Origin: Phoronis australis
Lineage: Eukaryota > Animalia > Phoronida
Direction of reading: 5' to 3'
Assembly: GCA_002633005.1 (NCBI GenBank)
Contig: NMRA01000037.1
Coordinates: forward strand, 248,001-312,000
DNA length: 64,000 nt
Made by a program: the position numbers and the translations under genes. This document shows positions 23,382-37,814 of this stretch, in pieces. Position 1 is the first letter of the stretch. Every line of letters begins with the position of its first letter. The notes under the pieces are model-generated. The model did not search any database. It was given only the letters and a program-made list of their open reading frames with translations, and was not told the DNA's origin.

Positions 23382-26300
23382 CTATGTCTCCGCCACTTCG
23401 TCAAGGTGACTGCTGTATGTCTGGCCTCTCATAATGACTTGTGGTGGAAGGACATGGTAGCCACTGAAGTCCCAGGCAAATGTTACATAGTAAATGCCCA
23501 TGAGTACTGCAGTGATCCATTCGCACACGGCCACACTGTTCAAGAGGTGCAGGTGCACGTCGGGGTAGGCCTGTAATCGTGTGGAATTGTAGAGGTCGGT
23601 TATGCACACAGGTAATGTTATGGTGGGGAGAGAGTCAAGCCTTGTATTTTATGTTACACAACATGCAGTGGTGTCGTGAACAGTATCCCCAAAAAGATGT
23701 CTGTAGTCTGAGGCGGATATCACATAAGAATACATATATTTATGTTGCAATGGGACATTGGGTCTTCGTGGATGTACCTCACAGTCCTTGGAATCTATTT
23801 TGAAACCGATTATGAGCGCCCCCTTTCATCTCAAAAATAACGTTTCATTTAGACCACTCTGACTTGCCGTCATTACCACTTGCCGTCATTGTGAAATTTC
23901 ATGATCTTCAGTTATTGCTTAGTGGCATACCGGGTGTGATTTAAAGGCTTGGAAAGAACTGTCACTGGTTCTTGGTGGAGACCTGACTCCACAAGTTGTT
24001 ACAGAGCGTGGTCTCTAGGGAATAATAAACTGTTTACAAACCCATAAAGTACTTCCCATTTGAGGTATGAACAAATTGAAACCGACTCGATGTTATTAGG
24101 GTAAAGGCAAAAGTTCGCTTCTTTGGTTGGTTGGAAAGCAGGTTTATCGCCGCTTTAAATTTAGGGTTGATCAAAATTATGAAAGATTTGTGTAAACATG
24201 TGTTTAGAGTGAATTCCTTGTCGGTGTTCCGGCTGCATTATAGGTGGTGTCATTGGAATTTAAATTTAACGGCAAAGGCAAAATTTTAAATTGACGTTAC
24301 TACTTAGCTGTTTTAAGTCACAACTTGACGGGAAAAGGAGAACAGTTGTTCTGTATGCCCTGTATAGCATCCTTCTTGCTCTCAGTAATGGCTGTTCGTT
24401 GTGCCTGACAGCGACATGCCGGGCAAAACCAGTGTTTTAGCGTAATTTATGAGGCTGGCAGTTTATATTCGTTTTAACGTAGTGCGATATACTAAAACTT
24501 CCATTAGTTGTTTGAAGCCAAGTTGTGGTTGAGGTTGTTTCGTCAGATATTATGTTGTAAAGTCATTAAAAAGTTTGAATTTTACATCGACATTGTTGGT
24601 GGGACTTTAAATTTTTATGCTAACCGCTAACCGTTATACTTACGCTTGTTAACCAGAAACTGACACCCAGGCTCACTGTAACGAGTTAAGAAATTGACCA
24701 TTTCGTTTTCTTTCACATGGTTGTTGTAAACCTGGCCCTCGTTCAAGAAATTATAATTTCGTTCGTATCTCGCTTCATAAACATCATTTCGTTCCAAGTT
24801 GAGGGTTCCGTTTAAACTTAAATGGAAACGCAGTGTCAAAAGTTTATACAATCGGGCATTGTGTGGCTTGTGGAACCGAGAGGCCAATAATTTGACTAGC
24901 TTTTGAGATCATCGTATCTCCGTCTCTGAGAAATGGTTGATGGATTCACATTAAACTTACAGATTAATTATGCTTTATGCACAGATTTGTAAAACGCTTT
25001 TAGGATTTTATTTTATCGTTGCACTTTTGCATGAGGGGTCATAGCACTTCAATGAAAGAGACATCATAGAAAACCATAACAGAGTTTTTGAGATTTCATC
25101 TTGAACATTTTTGTCAAATAAAATTTGACAATGCCATTGATTGATACCGTTTGGTTTGCTATCAATGAACCAAGTTTCTTTTTTGCTACGTTTTATTAAA
25201 CAGGATGATCACGTGACCTAATCAGTGACAAGCTGGTTCAGAAAAAGTCAAAATCAAATTCTGCAAGCTCTCTCCTTACTGAAACTATACTTGTTGAAAA
25301 TTAAAATATTTAGTATGGTAAATATTTAGATAAATAGGGTCTTATATAATTTGAGGTCTCTTGCTTAAAGAAAGGAAAATAAGGTTGCCCATATTATTGC
25401 CGTATACTCATGCAGATACATATCCTGGAGTTGTACGGGTTAATGGGTACGTATTCATCAATTTAGTCACTTGTTGCTGGTTTGTTAGATCTTTTGTGGC
25501 AAAATTAGTTACGCAAACGATTGAAACTAAGGGATTTCAAACAAATCCCAGAATAAAATTCAAATTAACGTCAGAGTTGCAACAACAAACCGTAATTCGG
25601 GGAATAATTTTTGCCATGAGCACATTTTAACACCAAACTCGGTTCTTGCTGTGATTGAGCAAGAGCCTTTAAGAACAATTGGCGCCGATGAACAGTCTTC
25701 ATATTTCAATTTCACAACTTCCGGCTGTATTCTCACCATCGCTCAGTGAGAGTCTCTATGGTCTTGTGCAACGAAAGACAATTAAAGCTTCCAAATACGA
25801 GCGTAATTTTACTAAAAATGCTCAGATAGTGAAAGGATACTGCCAGTTACCATGGCGACAGTTGCAGCAACGACAACGAATAGTTTGATCAAGACTAGCC
25901 AATGGGTAGCCTTGTCATGGGACCTTAGACGTAGTGACAGGAGCGTCTGCATCCAGATGTAGACCATACCCAGACCAAATGCCATACAAGCGCCAATCAC
26001 GTGCGGTATTAGCGTTGTTGACGATAGCTAGAAAAAAGTATGGAAGGTTAAAAGTTATTAACGGCAGACAAAATGCACGGAGTCTCTTGTATCATGAAAC
26101 CCAATTCAAGGACATTAACTCCGGGTGTTGTATGATTTATTGCGCGATTTTGTGGTGTCTGCACGAACGGGCCGACTGACGGACGTTTTCTGTGACGGTT
26201 GCTTCTCCAGTGTTCGGTTGTCGGGTTGGTGTTCTTGTCCTGTTTTACAACGCACGTGGACAACATTGTCAATGTTTAAAGCTACATTTCGCCGTCTTTC

Positions 26301-29300
26301 TCTGCATGGCCGCGGCTAAAACAAAAATCGAATTAGGTATTATATTCTCCGACGAAATCCTTCAGCGTAATAGTCCTTACGGTACCGTGAGGGAATTCTG
26401 GCAAAATATCGAAATCATCTGTGACAAACCTCGATTGTGTTCGGAAATGGTCTATGTAGGCAGTGCGTATGACTTCAATCGTGAAATTAAATGGAATTCA
26501 GCTGTCAATGTAAGAAATGTTATGAGACCAATTTTATGAGAGTAAGATGCCTGGTTCTATTTTCGTTCTTCAGTCAGCTAAACGGGGCAAAATATAACTT
26601 TAATTAAAAGAAAACGTAATACAGAATAGCGCAAGAGCGATGTGCTTTGTAACGTGCATCGGGTGTCCGAGAAAATGGATTTATTACTCCCTAGCGTACA
26701 ATTGAGGATTAGAGAACGCCAATCGGACAATGAAAAATCTTTGCTTTGGGTCCACTGGGAGGATTGGTATTCTTCCATGGGGCAAATTTCTGTGTTCAGG
26801 CCCGTACTGAGCCAGCACTGAGCGAGGGGTGGTTCGAATTTCTAGAACGGTGGACTTTTTATATTTTACAAACGTCGACACTGTAGAGTTTTCGGTAAAG
26901 GCCTTTGTCGCGCAGCTTAATTATGGGTGGGGATCTGTAAACATAACGATGACTCTCAGCTCTATGTTCATGAGATGACACAGATTTTGTAATACCAGAT
27001 ATGAGTATGCTGTGACGGTTACTTGCAAAGAACGGGACACAAATTCGGATGCGGTCCAGAAAGAGAACGTTCTCGCATTACCTCCTGCCAAAATTTCAAA
27101 TCAGCCATGCTAAAATGCCGAGTGATTATACACCTCATTACATACTCAAATGGAAATCATGATAAAGTTTAGGCTAAACGGCGAATGACTTGACGAAATT
27201 GTTTATCCGGTTGTATTTTGCGTGTTATTTAATTTGCTGACATCGCTGGAAATGGGAACAGCCCACTATTTCGCAGGTTCTCTACTCCGGAGGTTCACTG
27301 CTTCACTAGAAATGGTGGTCAGATTTCGTTTGCGTGCGTCTGCATGCGAAATTGCCTGCATGTCTTAAAATAAGTACACACGTGCATTTTTAGAACGATA
27401 TGAAGTCGGAATACTGATGAATTATCAACCACGACGCATTAATCAAATCCATGCCACGATCGCAACGCAACGCGACTGAAGAGTTTAGGGCCCGGCGCTG
27501 CGCCACAACCTCATCCAAGGAACCTCGTACTCGGCCGGGTAGAAACTAAAAGTGATAGGTAGGCCACTTTACCTGGTTGTATTTTTGTGAGTTACATCGC
27601 TGGAGGTTCCTCCGAAGGTTCTACTCCGAAAATATCTAAAATTTCGAACTCGGGTATAATTTTTATGCTTTTGCATGCAAAAATAAACGATACTTAGGTA
27701 ATTAGATGCGCTGAGTGGTGTACATGTACCTATACCGAAAACAACGTTCGGCTGCTACTGTTTTCATGCACATACGAAATTGCCCGCATGTCTTACAAAT
27801 ACGGAAAAATGTGTATGTTCTTGCATTTTTAGTTCGGTAGCAGCCCTTCTTTTACAAACTTCGTTGAAAACATGACTAAACTTTTTGTTGGAAAACTTGA
27901 TACAGAGTCGCTAGTACATGTAGCGTCGAAACGGTCTCCTGTCTTCAGGTGTGCAGCTACGTTGCAAAACACTGAGGGACGTAACAAACAAACAAATTAA
28001 AGCCCTGGCTATGTTTCGAAACTGCATGTCTCACCATCAGGCAATAAGTGGATGAACATATACGAAGCTAAATAAATAGTGAAATACACGTGACAGCAGG
28101 TAGAGAGGCATACAGGAGGGGCAGAGAGTGGGAATGTGTCACACGGTAAGAAGATCACAAGCCTATCGAAACAGAGCCAACGTGCGGTACACACCTGTCA
28201 GCTGCTCATTCAACACAGATTTTGTCGTGACTGATCTATCACGATTCCAAAATCTTTGGCCAAAATGTGACATTTTTCGTAATTGATAATTAATTATTAT
28301 ATATACACAACGACGACTCTCAGCTCTAAAGTTCCCAACTAGATCATACGGAATTCGTAATACCAGAAATGAGGATTCCCTGACGGTTGCTCGCAAAGAA
28401 CAGGACCCATTCCCAACTTCGGATATAATGTGGTCCAGAATGTTCCCGCGTTACTCCCTGCCAAACTTTCAAACCTGGCGTGCTTAAATGAGTAATTACA
28501 CCTCATTACATACTCGAAAGGAAATATTTAATCGTAGCATGATCGACTTGAATGTTTTAATCTGGTTGTATTTTGCGTGTTACTTAACTTGCTTACATCG
28601 CTGGAAATGGGAACAGCTCAGTATTACAAAGTTTCATTACTCTGAAGGTTCACTATTCCGAAGGTTCACCACTCCGAAAAGATATAGAATTTCGGACTTG
28701 AGTGTATCAGATATACCCTTATACCTGCAAAAATAAACAACACTTCGGTTATTAGATGCTAGATCCACTAAGTGGTGTACCTATGCTCAAACAACGCCCG
28801 GATTTCGTGCGCATGCGAAATTGCCCGCATGTCTTTCGAATATGGAAAATGAGTACGCACTTGAATTTTTAAAAGAGTATGAAGTAGGAATATTGATGAA
28901 TTATTAAACACGATACATTCATCAAATCCATGTCAAAGTCGCATCATTTAGCAGCGTGACTGAGCTAGTTTAGGGCCGCTGCCCCTCAAACTCACCCATT
29001 GGAACCACGCGCATGGCCGGGTCGAAACTAAATGTAGTTAGTAGGCTACTCTGGCCCTGACAGTCTTCACGAAGTCGGAGAGTCCCATTCAGTCTTCTTA
29101 AATTTAAAACCTCCGCTATTGGAAGTTGAAGTCCTGACCCGATGTTGCCCCTGCTTGAGACTGAATGAGTCGTTAGTTAGCCTAAAGATTCACGATTGGC
29201 AGTGATTGGAGCTGAGCTCATTTGTAAACAATGTAATCAGTGTTTTAAGAACTATTCAGCTTTTGTACACCCTTAAATGGTTACTAAATGGGCACAAATA

Positions 29301-32300
29301 CAATACTTTTCTCATGTCAGTTCCGATTCGTTAGCAAACAATCAGAGTAAAACTGTCGGAGTTCTAGTTTCGGAATTGTGGATATTCGAAGTACGGGACT
29401 TTCGGAGTAGTGAACCTTCGGAATAATAACATGCAACCTTGGAAATCAAGTTTGTTGCTCGTATGACACCTGAGAGGCTGTGCGCCAGTGGCACTGATTG
29501 ACAAGAGAAGACTTTCTTCATTGACCAAAGTTTTTATTAGGTCTAGACCTACTTTTCCCTAATAATATGAACATGCTCGTCGGGGTCTTCTTAGTGCGAG
29601 AAAATACGGTAGTTCATGGGCGGTGTAGCACTTAAAAAAATGCGTGGCTACAGCCTCCCTGTGGTGCACCGCCCATAGACCATGGGGGCGCAGCACTAAA
29701 CAAACTGGGGACTATAGCCCCCCAACCCCCTATGGTGCGCCGTCCATGTAGTTAAATGTCTGATTTTTTTAGCAAAGACGGAGGACTGCCTACAGAGAAC
29801 TTAATTATCGTCGCCGTGTTCTAAATTTAAAAGAATGGAAACGCACACACATGTACACGCATGCATATGATCCACCAATCCACAGCCAAAGCTGACATTT
29901 GAAAATGTTTCCACGTTACCGTACTCTGCCACTATCAAAATAGCAGAAAAACCTACTTTCTGCTATTTTGTTTCTTGGTCAGTACTTTTTGGGAGCCTAT
30001 CTAGGCGGGTATAGACATTAACTTCTAGACTCCCGTGTTACCCTGTGTTGTAGCCACCACGCGCGTTCAATGCCGATGAGTAACATAAAACCTCCTCTAA
30101 TCGTCTGCACGATCCTGTCATCAAGCACCATTCGGCGAAGTTGACCGGGTACGGCCCGATGGTTACGTGAACTAAATTCAAAATTATTAGTGACTTAGTT
30201 ATCATTGTAGTTAGTAGTACCAGTAGCTGCAACAATTTTGTTGATGTCGTCCATCTGTATCCCACCTTTAACGGATAGGCCGGGGCTGGACCTTTTCCGC
30301 GGGGGGGAGGGGGGTTCGATCGAAACCCCCGAACCCCCCCCCCCCACCTACGGGCCTGACAGTGTTCATAACAGATGAACATCAGTGCTCGGAATCTAAC
30401 TTTTTACTCGACTGGATATCGAACATGCTTTTTTCATTTCCATTCTACTCAGATAATCATGAAGTCAAAGTAATCATCTGCTGTTCTGTGCTCGAGTATA
30501 TTATGGATTACAAGGATAAGTGAGAAATCCTCTTTTGCACTTGATGACCTGCGCTATAAGTTTAATGGAATCTGTTCTCGAAGAAAATAACGAGTTTTTA
30601 TTCAAAATCTCGAGTTTGTAGCTTGAAGTATTGGGGCTTTGAGACACTCGCCTGCGTAAACCGTAATATATTGGGGCGCAGAATGATAGATAAAACTGAA
30701 ATATCCGTAAAATAATTGAGATTTCGAGTGAAAGGAATAGTTCCTCGAGCTCCGGTCAGATAAACTGGCGAAAACGCTGGTATTACCGTCGAAACGTCGT
30801 TGCAGCATGGGAACGGTCACAAACGCCTCCTGGGTGTGTTGCGGTGTTTAAGTTTGGCTTAAAATGTGTATACCAATACCTGAAAATTGGCGACAATGCT
30901 CATACCCAAAGCTGACAATACTCCACAAATGTAGCTATGGAGAGAAAAGGCGCAACCACTCCGTACGATGGCGCTTGAGACTGAATGGAAGTCTAGGAAG
31001 GCCTCGACTTGTTTGGTGCGGAAGTACGCTGTCAAACCCACTGAAAAGTTTTGTGGCACGCCAGTTAGACAATCTTGTGGAATTTAAATGTTCCCAAACA
31101 ACTTGGTGAATATATAACGCGTTTAAAAAATAAGAGCATAGGTATAAAAGATGAAAGATTTTATACAATATGTATTTCTGAAAGGAAAATTCCAATAATT
31201 TTGATGCGTACCATACACTCTTTTTGGGGTAAATAATTATTGAAAGTGTGGTGGCGCACTAAAAACAACGTCACAGCTCTGTGGAACTTCACTTTTTTGA
31301 AATTGATGCTAGAATACAGACAGCTCTCCAACTAACACGATTTTGATCTATTGATGGAACACTGTTCTCTTTCCTTTGTTTTCCAGAACGAGTCTCGCAA
31401 TTCATAGATGTCATTAAGGTATGACGGAACATGTATCTTTAATTGAGTACTTACCAGCCATAGCTGTAAGGTTAAGCATCTGTCCGAATATACAACTCTC
31501 TGGTTTTATTGCTCCAGTGTCACTGTGTAAAAACAATTTTTGCGAAATACGTTATTGATGGTAATTCCTGAATATATGATACCATATAGGCATGCACTAT
31601 TCAAAGAACTAAACGTCGTGTTTATAACGAAGACCTTGTTTGCAAATCGTGTAGAATGATAATAATGACAAAGTCATGATCTTGACAGTAGTATGAAGAT
31701 TGCCTGTATTTACAGCCATCTAAGGCGTACTGCATTAAACCCAAATTTATAATCATGCAACATAACTTACTAAACCCAGAGAGTAGTTCCGTACTGTACC
31801 TGATAAATGGAATGTATCTGTCAGTCCCGTGTTGTTCAAGTTTAAAGATAACGAAGCTGAAAGGCAGGAAAATAGACATGGATCTAAAACTGGTAGCATT
31901 TTATGCGCGCTTTATCATCCTAGTACACCTTCATGCCGCAAGGACAATGTAGGCTTGGTGCAGTGCAGTATGCGTAGCAGCGTCATGACCTTGGGTGGTT
32001 TTGGGATAATGTTCTCCATGATTGCTATATTGGCCACCTACTCTTGATCACTTTACAAAAACTTGTAATTTGGTCGAAAAGTAATTTTGTGTAGCTGCTA
32101 CTTGCTGTGTAATTCTAAAAGATTTAAACAGCAAATCTGCTGACTGCTAAAATCTTCAAATCAGTTCGCTATGTGTAAATATATAATATCCACATTTGGG
32201 AGGCCACGTCTGAAATTCCCGTGCATGACTTGGGTAAATTTTCAAGCCTCCGACCCGCTCTGATTTAGGGACTGCACGTGCAAGAATTTCATTATAATCA

Positions 32301-32695
32301 ATAGCTAATCGTTTATTTTGTAATTCAGTTCAGACTGGTGACGCCAAGACGAAGAAAGCTGTCTAGGTAACGAGCCCCCCCATTTGGCGAAGTGAGCAAA
32401 AAGGTCCGCCCCTGAGAGACAAAATGTCCGAGGAAATGGGACAAATGTCCAGTAAATAAGCGCAAACGCGCAATTCACAGTGGTGCCCCTGTTTTATTTT
32501 TAGTCCGAACGCTCTTTTGTTAGCAAAAGGTCCATCAAAGTCAGGAATTAGAGCCCCCCATTTTGAAGGCTGGGTGCGCGCATGAACAGATACTGGAGTT
32601 ACACCTTACCTTGTGATAAATGTCAGTAAAAAAATCAGAAAACTCATCACGGAAAAAAAGGATAGACACCGAGAACTCCAGCAACTATCCGCCAT
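23382..32695 (-). CDS. DRAM/TMEM150 (Frag1/DRAM/Sfk1) family membrane protein, paralogue A, 7 exons, ~259 aa
   Basis: Exons: 32610-32695, 31800-31856, 31455-31522, 30880-31040, 25841-26027, 24644-24675, 23382-23570 (780 nt, in phase); motifs PFISDTG..PESCIFGQMLN, LGMSIVANFQ, HVIGA, AVCEW, TFAWDF. Confidence 0.9.
24676..25840 (-). other. U12-type (minor spliceosome) GT-AG intron, DRAM paralogue A intron 5
   Basis: 5' splice site GTATCCTTTC; branch site TTTCTTAAC (24685-24693) ending 9 nt before the exon. Confidence 0.85.
26947..29050. repeat. Diverged ~600-700 bp direct repeats (26947-27570 / 28311-29050, plus a partial copy at ~27570-27830) in DRAM-A intron 4
   Basis: Collinear shared blocks gactctcagctcta, gtaataccaga, acacctcattacatactc, catcgctggaaatgggaacagc, gaaactaaa...gtaggc. 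Confidence 0.7.
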
Positions 32696-35189
32696 TTTAC
32701 CGGTGGTTCGTAAATAGTGGGTCAGTATGCTTTCTCGCTCATTAACGTCGTAGGGACGGGCCCTAGGGGCTTATAAGGGAAACCGTTATACACTACATTC
32801 GATACGCCCGCGCAGTAACCGTGACACGTGATCGTACAACAACATTTTGAATGTGTTATCGCACAACTACGTGCCATAACAGTAGTTTTTGTATGGTCAC
32901 GTGACACGGTAATTCCTCGGGGACTGAGAAAATAGTCGGCGAATAAAGATAAATCTTTGATATGTGGTATGAATATATATATATAGATTATGTTATGGCG
33001 AAGTCGAGTCGATATGCCCTGTATTCTAGAGCCCGAGTGGTTTTTGGAGAATTCAGTATCCAAAATCCACGAGGGCTCTAGAATTATGAAAGGGGGATAA
33101 CGACTGAGAACATGTAATTATCTATTTATACCACACTGAACGAGAAATATCGCAGCAATGAATCGATCTACCTTTCTCGACTCGCCTCGGCTTTGTAACT
33201 ACTTTCTATGTCAGAGACAGCGAGATATACAGTAAAGTGGAGAATCCTTGAAACAGCCACGTGTAATGCATAAAAAGTGCAAAATAAGGCATTTAAACAA
33301 AAACATTTAAAAGTTTATTTCTGACATGACAAGAAACAAATCCGATGTATCCTGGGTAACAGTGCACCTGCTAACACTGTACTAAAAATCTCTTTAATAT
33401 TTCGTTACACACAGGTAAGCAAACAAAAATACATCAAATGAAATTAAACCTTAAGAATACAAATCTCAGGTTATCTTGGAGATACATTTTCTTGTTGCTT
33501 GCTCTTCCTCTGGTATGTGTTTGCTATCCATGGGACAAAAGAAAGAGACGTCACTTGGCCGAACAAAAGGTCCGCATCGGGGTTTTGGATTCCCCTTCCA
33601 TTGAACGACGCAATGTCTAGAAACGTCAAAACTTAACTACGATTTTTTCACACAGAATGCAAACAAAAACTTATGCCAAAACTTACGGCTACGGTAAGTC
33701 TCCGCATCGACTACTGAGAGTAAAAAGTTAGAACATTATAGTGCAAAAGTCCCCTGCTCACAACTAAAAAAAGTATGTGACGGTCATTTGTGTTTGCTTA
33801 ATAGAAATGAAAACACAACCAAATTGGGTCACTACGTCATTTTCTTTCGATCCAAACACCAAGGAACACTCAGAGAAACATGTCTTTCCAAGATAAACAA
33901 GGATCTTTGCTTTTACTAAAGGTACATCAAAAACGGTTGCTTTTAAAGCCAATTTTGATAGCGCCAAATGCCCGTATTTAAAAGCATGTGCCCGTGTTTG
34001 AAAGTTTTTCAAAAATTGATTTGCAAAAGTATTTGTCGAACAATACCCATGTCTCACATGTTCCTTTTTTCTTTATAGTTCGCATCGTCTTAACTTAGAT
34101 CTGAATATTTTTCTACTAGATATATTATCCACCTTCATTTATTATAGCAAACTAAAATTTTAATCACTTTTCCGTGTTTTATGTGTTTGTCTGTGTTATT
34201 TTCTTTTAAGAAGACTGTGTTATTTTGTTGCACAATAGGAATTTGTCTCGTTTTAATTTTGATATCTGTCAATAATTGTGTATTCCCTGGTTGCGTGGCG
34301 TCATGCGGTGCTGTGGATTGTTCGTCTGCGTGTGTTGTTTTCATGGTGAGCCTGAATATTAGTGACATCACTCTGGGCACGGTTTTGAGCGCTCTCTTGG
34401 GTGTGAGACCTCTGGTCTGTGAAGACGTAGGCCTAAGTTCCAAGTGTCCCGACTTGAGTCATGTTGTGTGTTACCTACGTGAGGTCTGACGGGTCTAAGT
34501 CAGTTTCCTGAACTACCTCTTTACAGGTCGCGTTCACTAGCTACAGTAATATTGATCACACTTTTTATATTTATTGTTATTATAATTTTAATATGCTTAG
34601 TGCATATAATGTTGTGGATTTGGAGTAGTAATTGTATCTCTTCTTGCTAAATTTCTTCAGATGAAATAAACAGTTATCTAGTGAAACAATTCTTACTTTA
34701 TTAATTTCAAACTGAAAACACAACATTTCCAAAAGACCTGTTCAGCAGAAGCACAGTCAAACATTTAATAAAGAGCCAAATAGTTCACAACTTCATATTC
34801 CTCACATTTTTTTTCTTTTGGTGCGCTCCTCATTCTCAAAGGTACTGGAGAAAATGAGAAGTGCATCTTGAAACATGTCAAGAATATTAAATCCTATATT
34901 CTTTGGGTTTTATTAAACCTTAACAGTAACACACCTTTTTCTAATCATTTCCTGGTTTTGCTCAAATGTTTCCTACAAACAACTATGCCAATAGATTCAA
35001 ATACACGTGGCGCAACTACATGACTTCAACGTACCCATTAAACATAACAGTACAGCACACCCTGCAGCGCCTTATTAGCTAACACATAAGCAAACTAACA
35101 TTTTATGTAATCTAACATTTTATAAAGTCATAGCTCCAAAAAGGATTAAAATACAAAAAGCACAAATCATCCTTACCTCTCTCTCATGT

Positions 35190-35574
35190 AGGGTAACAAC
35201 TCTCCAGTTTGGGACACAGTGAAAATTATTGCTTTACTCTTGGTCGAACCTTATATCAAAGTTTAGAAATAGTTTATTCTGGCTGTCCTACACTTATGAA
35301 TTATGATCAATGACAGACGACCATTCCCTCCACCTGACACATTATACAGACACATGAATATGTTGCATGGTCGGCTATCTTCAATGATTTTACGAGCTGC
35401 CAAGTCTATTTTGAAACTCTGTTGATACAAAATGCAGCCCATGGGAATATTTGAGAAATTCGATGAATGCCAAAATTGCTTATGTCCCATGTTCAGACTA
35501 TAAATTCAATTTCAGCTTGAATTCTGATGTCCCAAATTTTAGAGATTGTCCCAAACTGAAGAATATTTACCGTA
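35190..35574. mobile_element. Degenerate MITE related to the TACGGTAAAAATTCTCC family
   Basis: ggtaacaactctccagtttgggaca ... tgtcccaaactgaagaatatttaccgta. Confidence 0.55.
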
Positions 35575-37309
35575 ATAGCACCAATTAACAATTCAATCAC
35601 AAAATTAACACTTTGTATCTCTGATCTGAGCTCCAGTAGATAAATAACAAGCCTGCTATTTACTAATTACTTTCTTGGCACATATGGCAAGACTACTCAA
35701 AAATTACATTCCTGAACACTGAAATTTATAATGACCAATGCAATGTTCTATAACAAAAGTACTCCATAAAACTAACAAGCATAAATTCTTAAAATTGGAT
35801 TTCAAACACAAAAACTTTGACTAGACGTAGGAAGTGTCATTTATAAATCGCCAAGCTATCACAGAATAATAATAATAATAATAATAATAAAATAATGAAA
35901 AATGAAATACTTCACACACATTTACTTGGTTTATTATTGGTGTTCCTGCCCGTGGCCATACAGCCACCATGCAGTACAAATTTGTATAAATCATCAATAA
36001 TCGGTAATCACATTTTAATCAACAGATTAATGTAACAGAGTGCAAAAATATGAATCACCAACAAGGAGGTATTGAGTGTGATTGGCAGATACAAGCCAAA
36101 AGAACTGTGTGGCTGAGGAAGTTCTCTAAACATACAAATGTAACATACCTATCATTGCAAGTTTACATACCCTGCACACACTTTATAGAGATTACAGGCA
36201 TTAAAAGTAACAAATTGAAGGAAACACTGCGGACACTGTAAACACTAATTGATATTCCAAAATTTATGATTTTCAACTGCATTCATTGAGAGGTGCGGTA
36301 AAATGTCGCTAATTTAGGTGATTTTTTTCTCGTTTTTGTAAACTAAATACAATACCAAAATGATGCTAACTTCCAATTTTTGTACCACAGCTATGGAGAG
36401 AAAATGTTTTGAAAAAATTGCGGGTACTCGTGACATTGTTAGAAGTCCTTGAAAATGCAAAAAAAGCAGTTTAAACAATTATTTTTACACATTAGCTACT
36501 TCCCACAATAAATAATCACCATCAGAAATGCTATTTTTACGAGTTGACAAGCTTATTAGAAATAACCCACACATTGTGAATTAAACAGTCGAGAATAAAA
36601 AATCAGAAAATTGCATGCAATTATTTGGCACTACAATAGACAAGTCTTAATTAACAGACTCGTTAAAAACTACAAATCACCCAAGAGCCAGCTTGAATGG
36701 ATCACATCATATAAAAGGCATTATGAGGTAGTTCTTCATGTATTTGGCACACAATCATGGCTAACACGTGATATTCTATTTTGTCGAATTTTCCATAAAA
36801 ATAAAGATAAAGAAGAATCTAATACTCAATTAGTAGCAATGTTTGTACTGTGCAGATGCCACAAAACAACATTTGGTTAAAGTTTCCATTACTTGTAACA
36901 AAGTAATCAGACTTTGAAAAACGGAAAATTACAATTTCGACAATTATTTTTGTGCGAAATATGCGAAAAATTAGCGTAATCTCACACATGATTTATACAT
37001 AGCATACACCCAAGTGGTGAAAACAAGTCAAAGACATGGAATGCTTTTTATTGGCGCCATCTTGTGGAAGCACATGAAATGATGGTCATGTACTGTTTGT
37101 CACCTTAATTAAGCAAAAGCAAGGCTGCCTTCAGAGGCCCCAAAATCTTCAACTTAATTAACTATAAACTAAACAAGGTTGAGACAATACACTACAATTT
37201 CAACATTTTGCCAATGAGCTTAGCACCAGACACAGTCATAAAAACTGGAAGTATAGACTGGACTTATAGCAGAACTTGAGTTTAGTAATGTTTAGAACAG
37301 TCCTTTAAA

Positions 37310-37780
37310 CAAGAACATTGGATCAGAACTGATTTTATCCACAATCTTTCAAGCATAGCTTCTATTGCAAGATAGTGATGCAGTTAATTAGATTATACAC
37401 CATGTTGGAAACTACTTTTCAATGAATAGCTCAAGACTTGGGTTTTTGTTCACTATTACTTGACCAATTTTGAAAATAAATTTGAAAATTTTAAAATTAA
37501 AGAACCCACACAGTCTCATTTTTACTCCTCCATTCAGGTAAAATTTATAGTTTCCATTGGATTTCATTTCCCAAAAAGAAAATGGAAATATAGAGACTGG
37601 ATGTATTGAAGCCTTCTATTTAGATATGATCTGATTAGAAACAGTAATTACCCTCACTATGTGACCTAGTGAATAGAGTCACTCTATTGATATCTATCCA
37701 ACTATTGTGAATTGAATGTGGATAGAACTGGTCCAGCTGACCATGTGACACTGGAAAAATTCAACAGATTTCTCCAAATC
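37310..37780 (+). repeat. Interspersed repeat; second copy at ~41880-42245
   Basis: Shared blocks aactgattt...gcttctattg...gtgatgca, ctcactatgtgacctagtgaat, gctgaccatgtgaca. Confidence 0.7.
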
Positions 37781-37814
37781 CTCATCTCCTTTCAAGAGGA
37801 CGTTTACAGAATGG

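Noticed and set aside
26041-26060. Second U12 branch-like sequence (CTTTTAACC) upstream of DRAM-A exon 5
   Set aside because: The donor of that intron (GTATTG at 30879) is not U12-type, so it is treated as a U2 intron
26800-26860. tRNA gene suggested by GGTTCGAAT (B-box-like)
   Set aside because: No cloverleaf or acceptor stem could be built; at most a SINE/TE remnant
30280-30362. G/C-run segment with GGTTCGATCGAAACC as a structured ncRNA or functional G-quadruplex
   Set aside because: Looks like the GC-rich end of a common non-autonomous DNA transposon; no independent support
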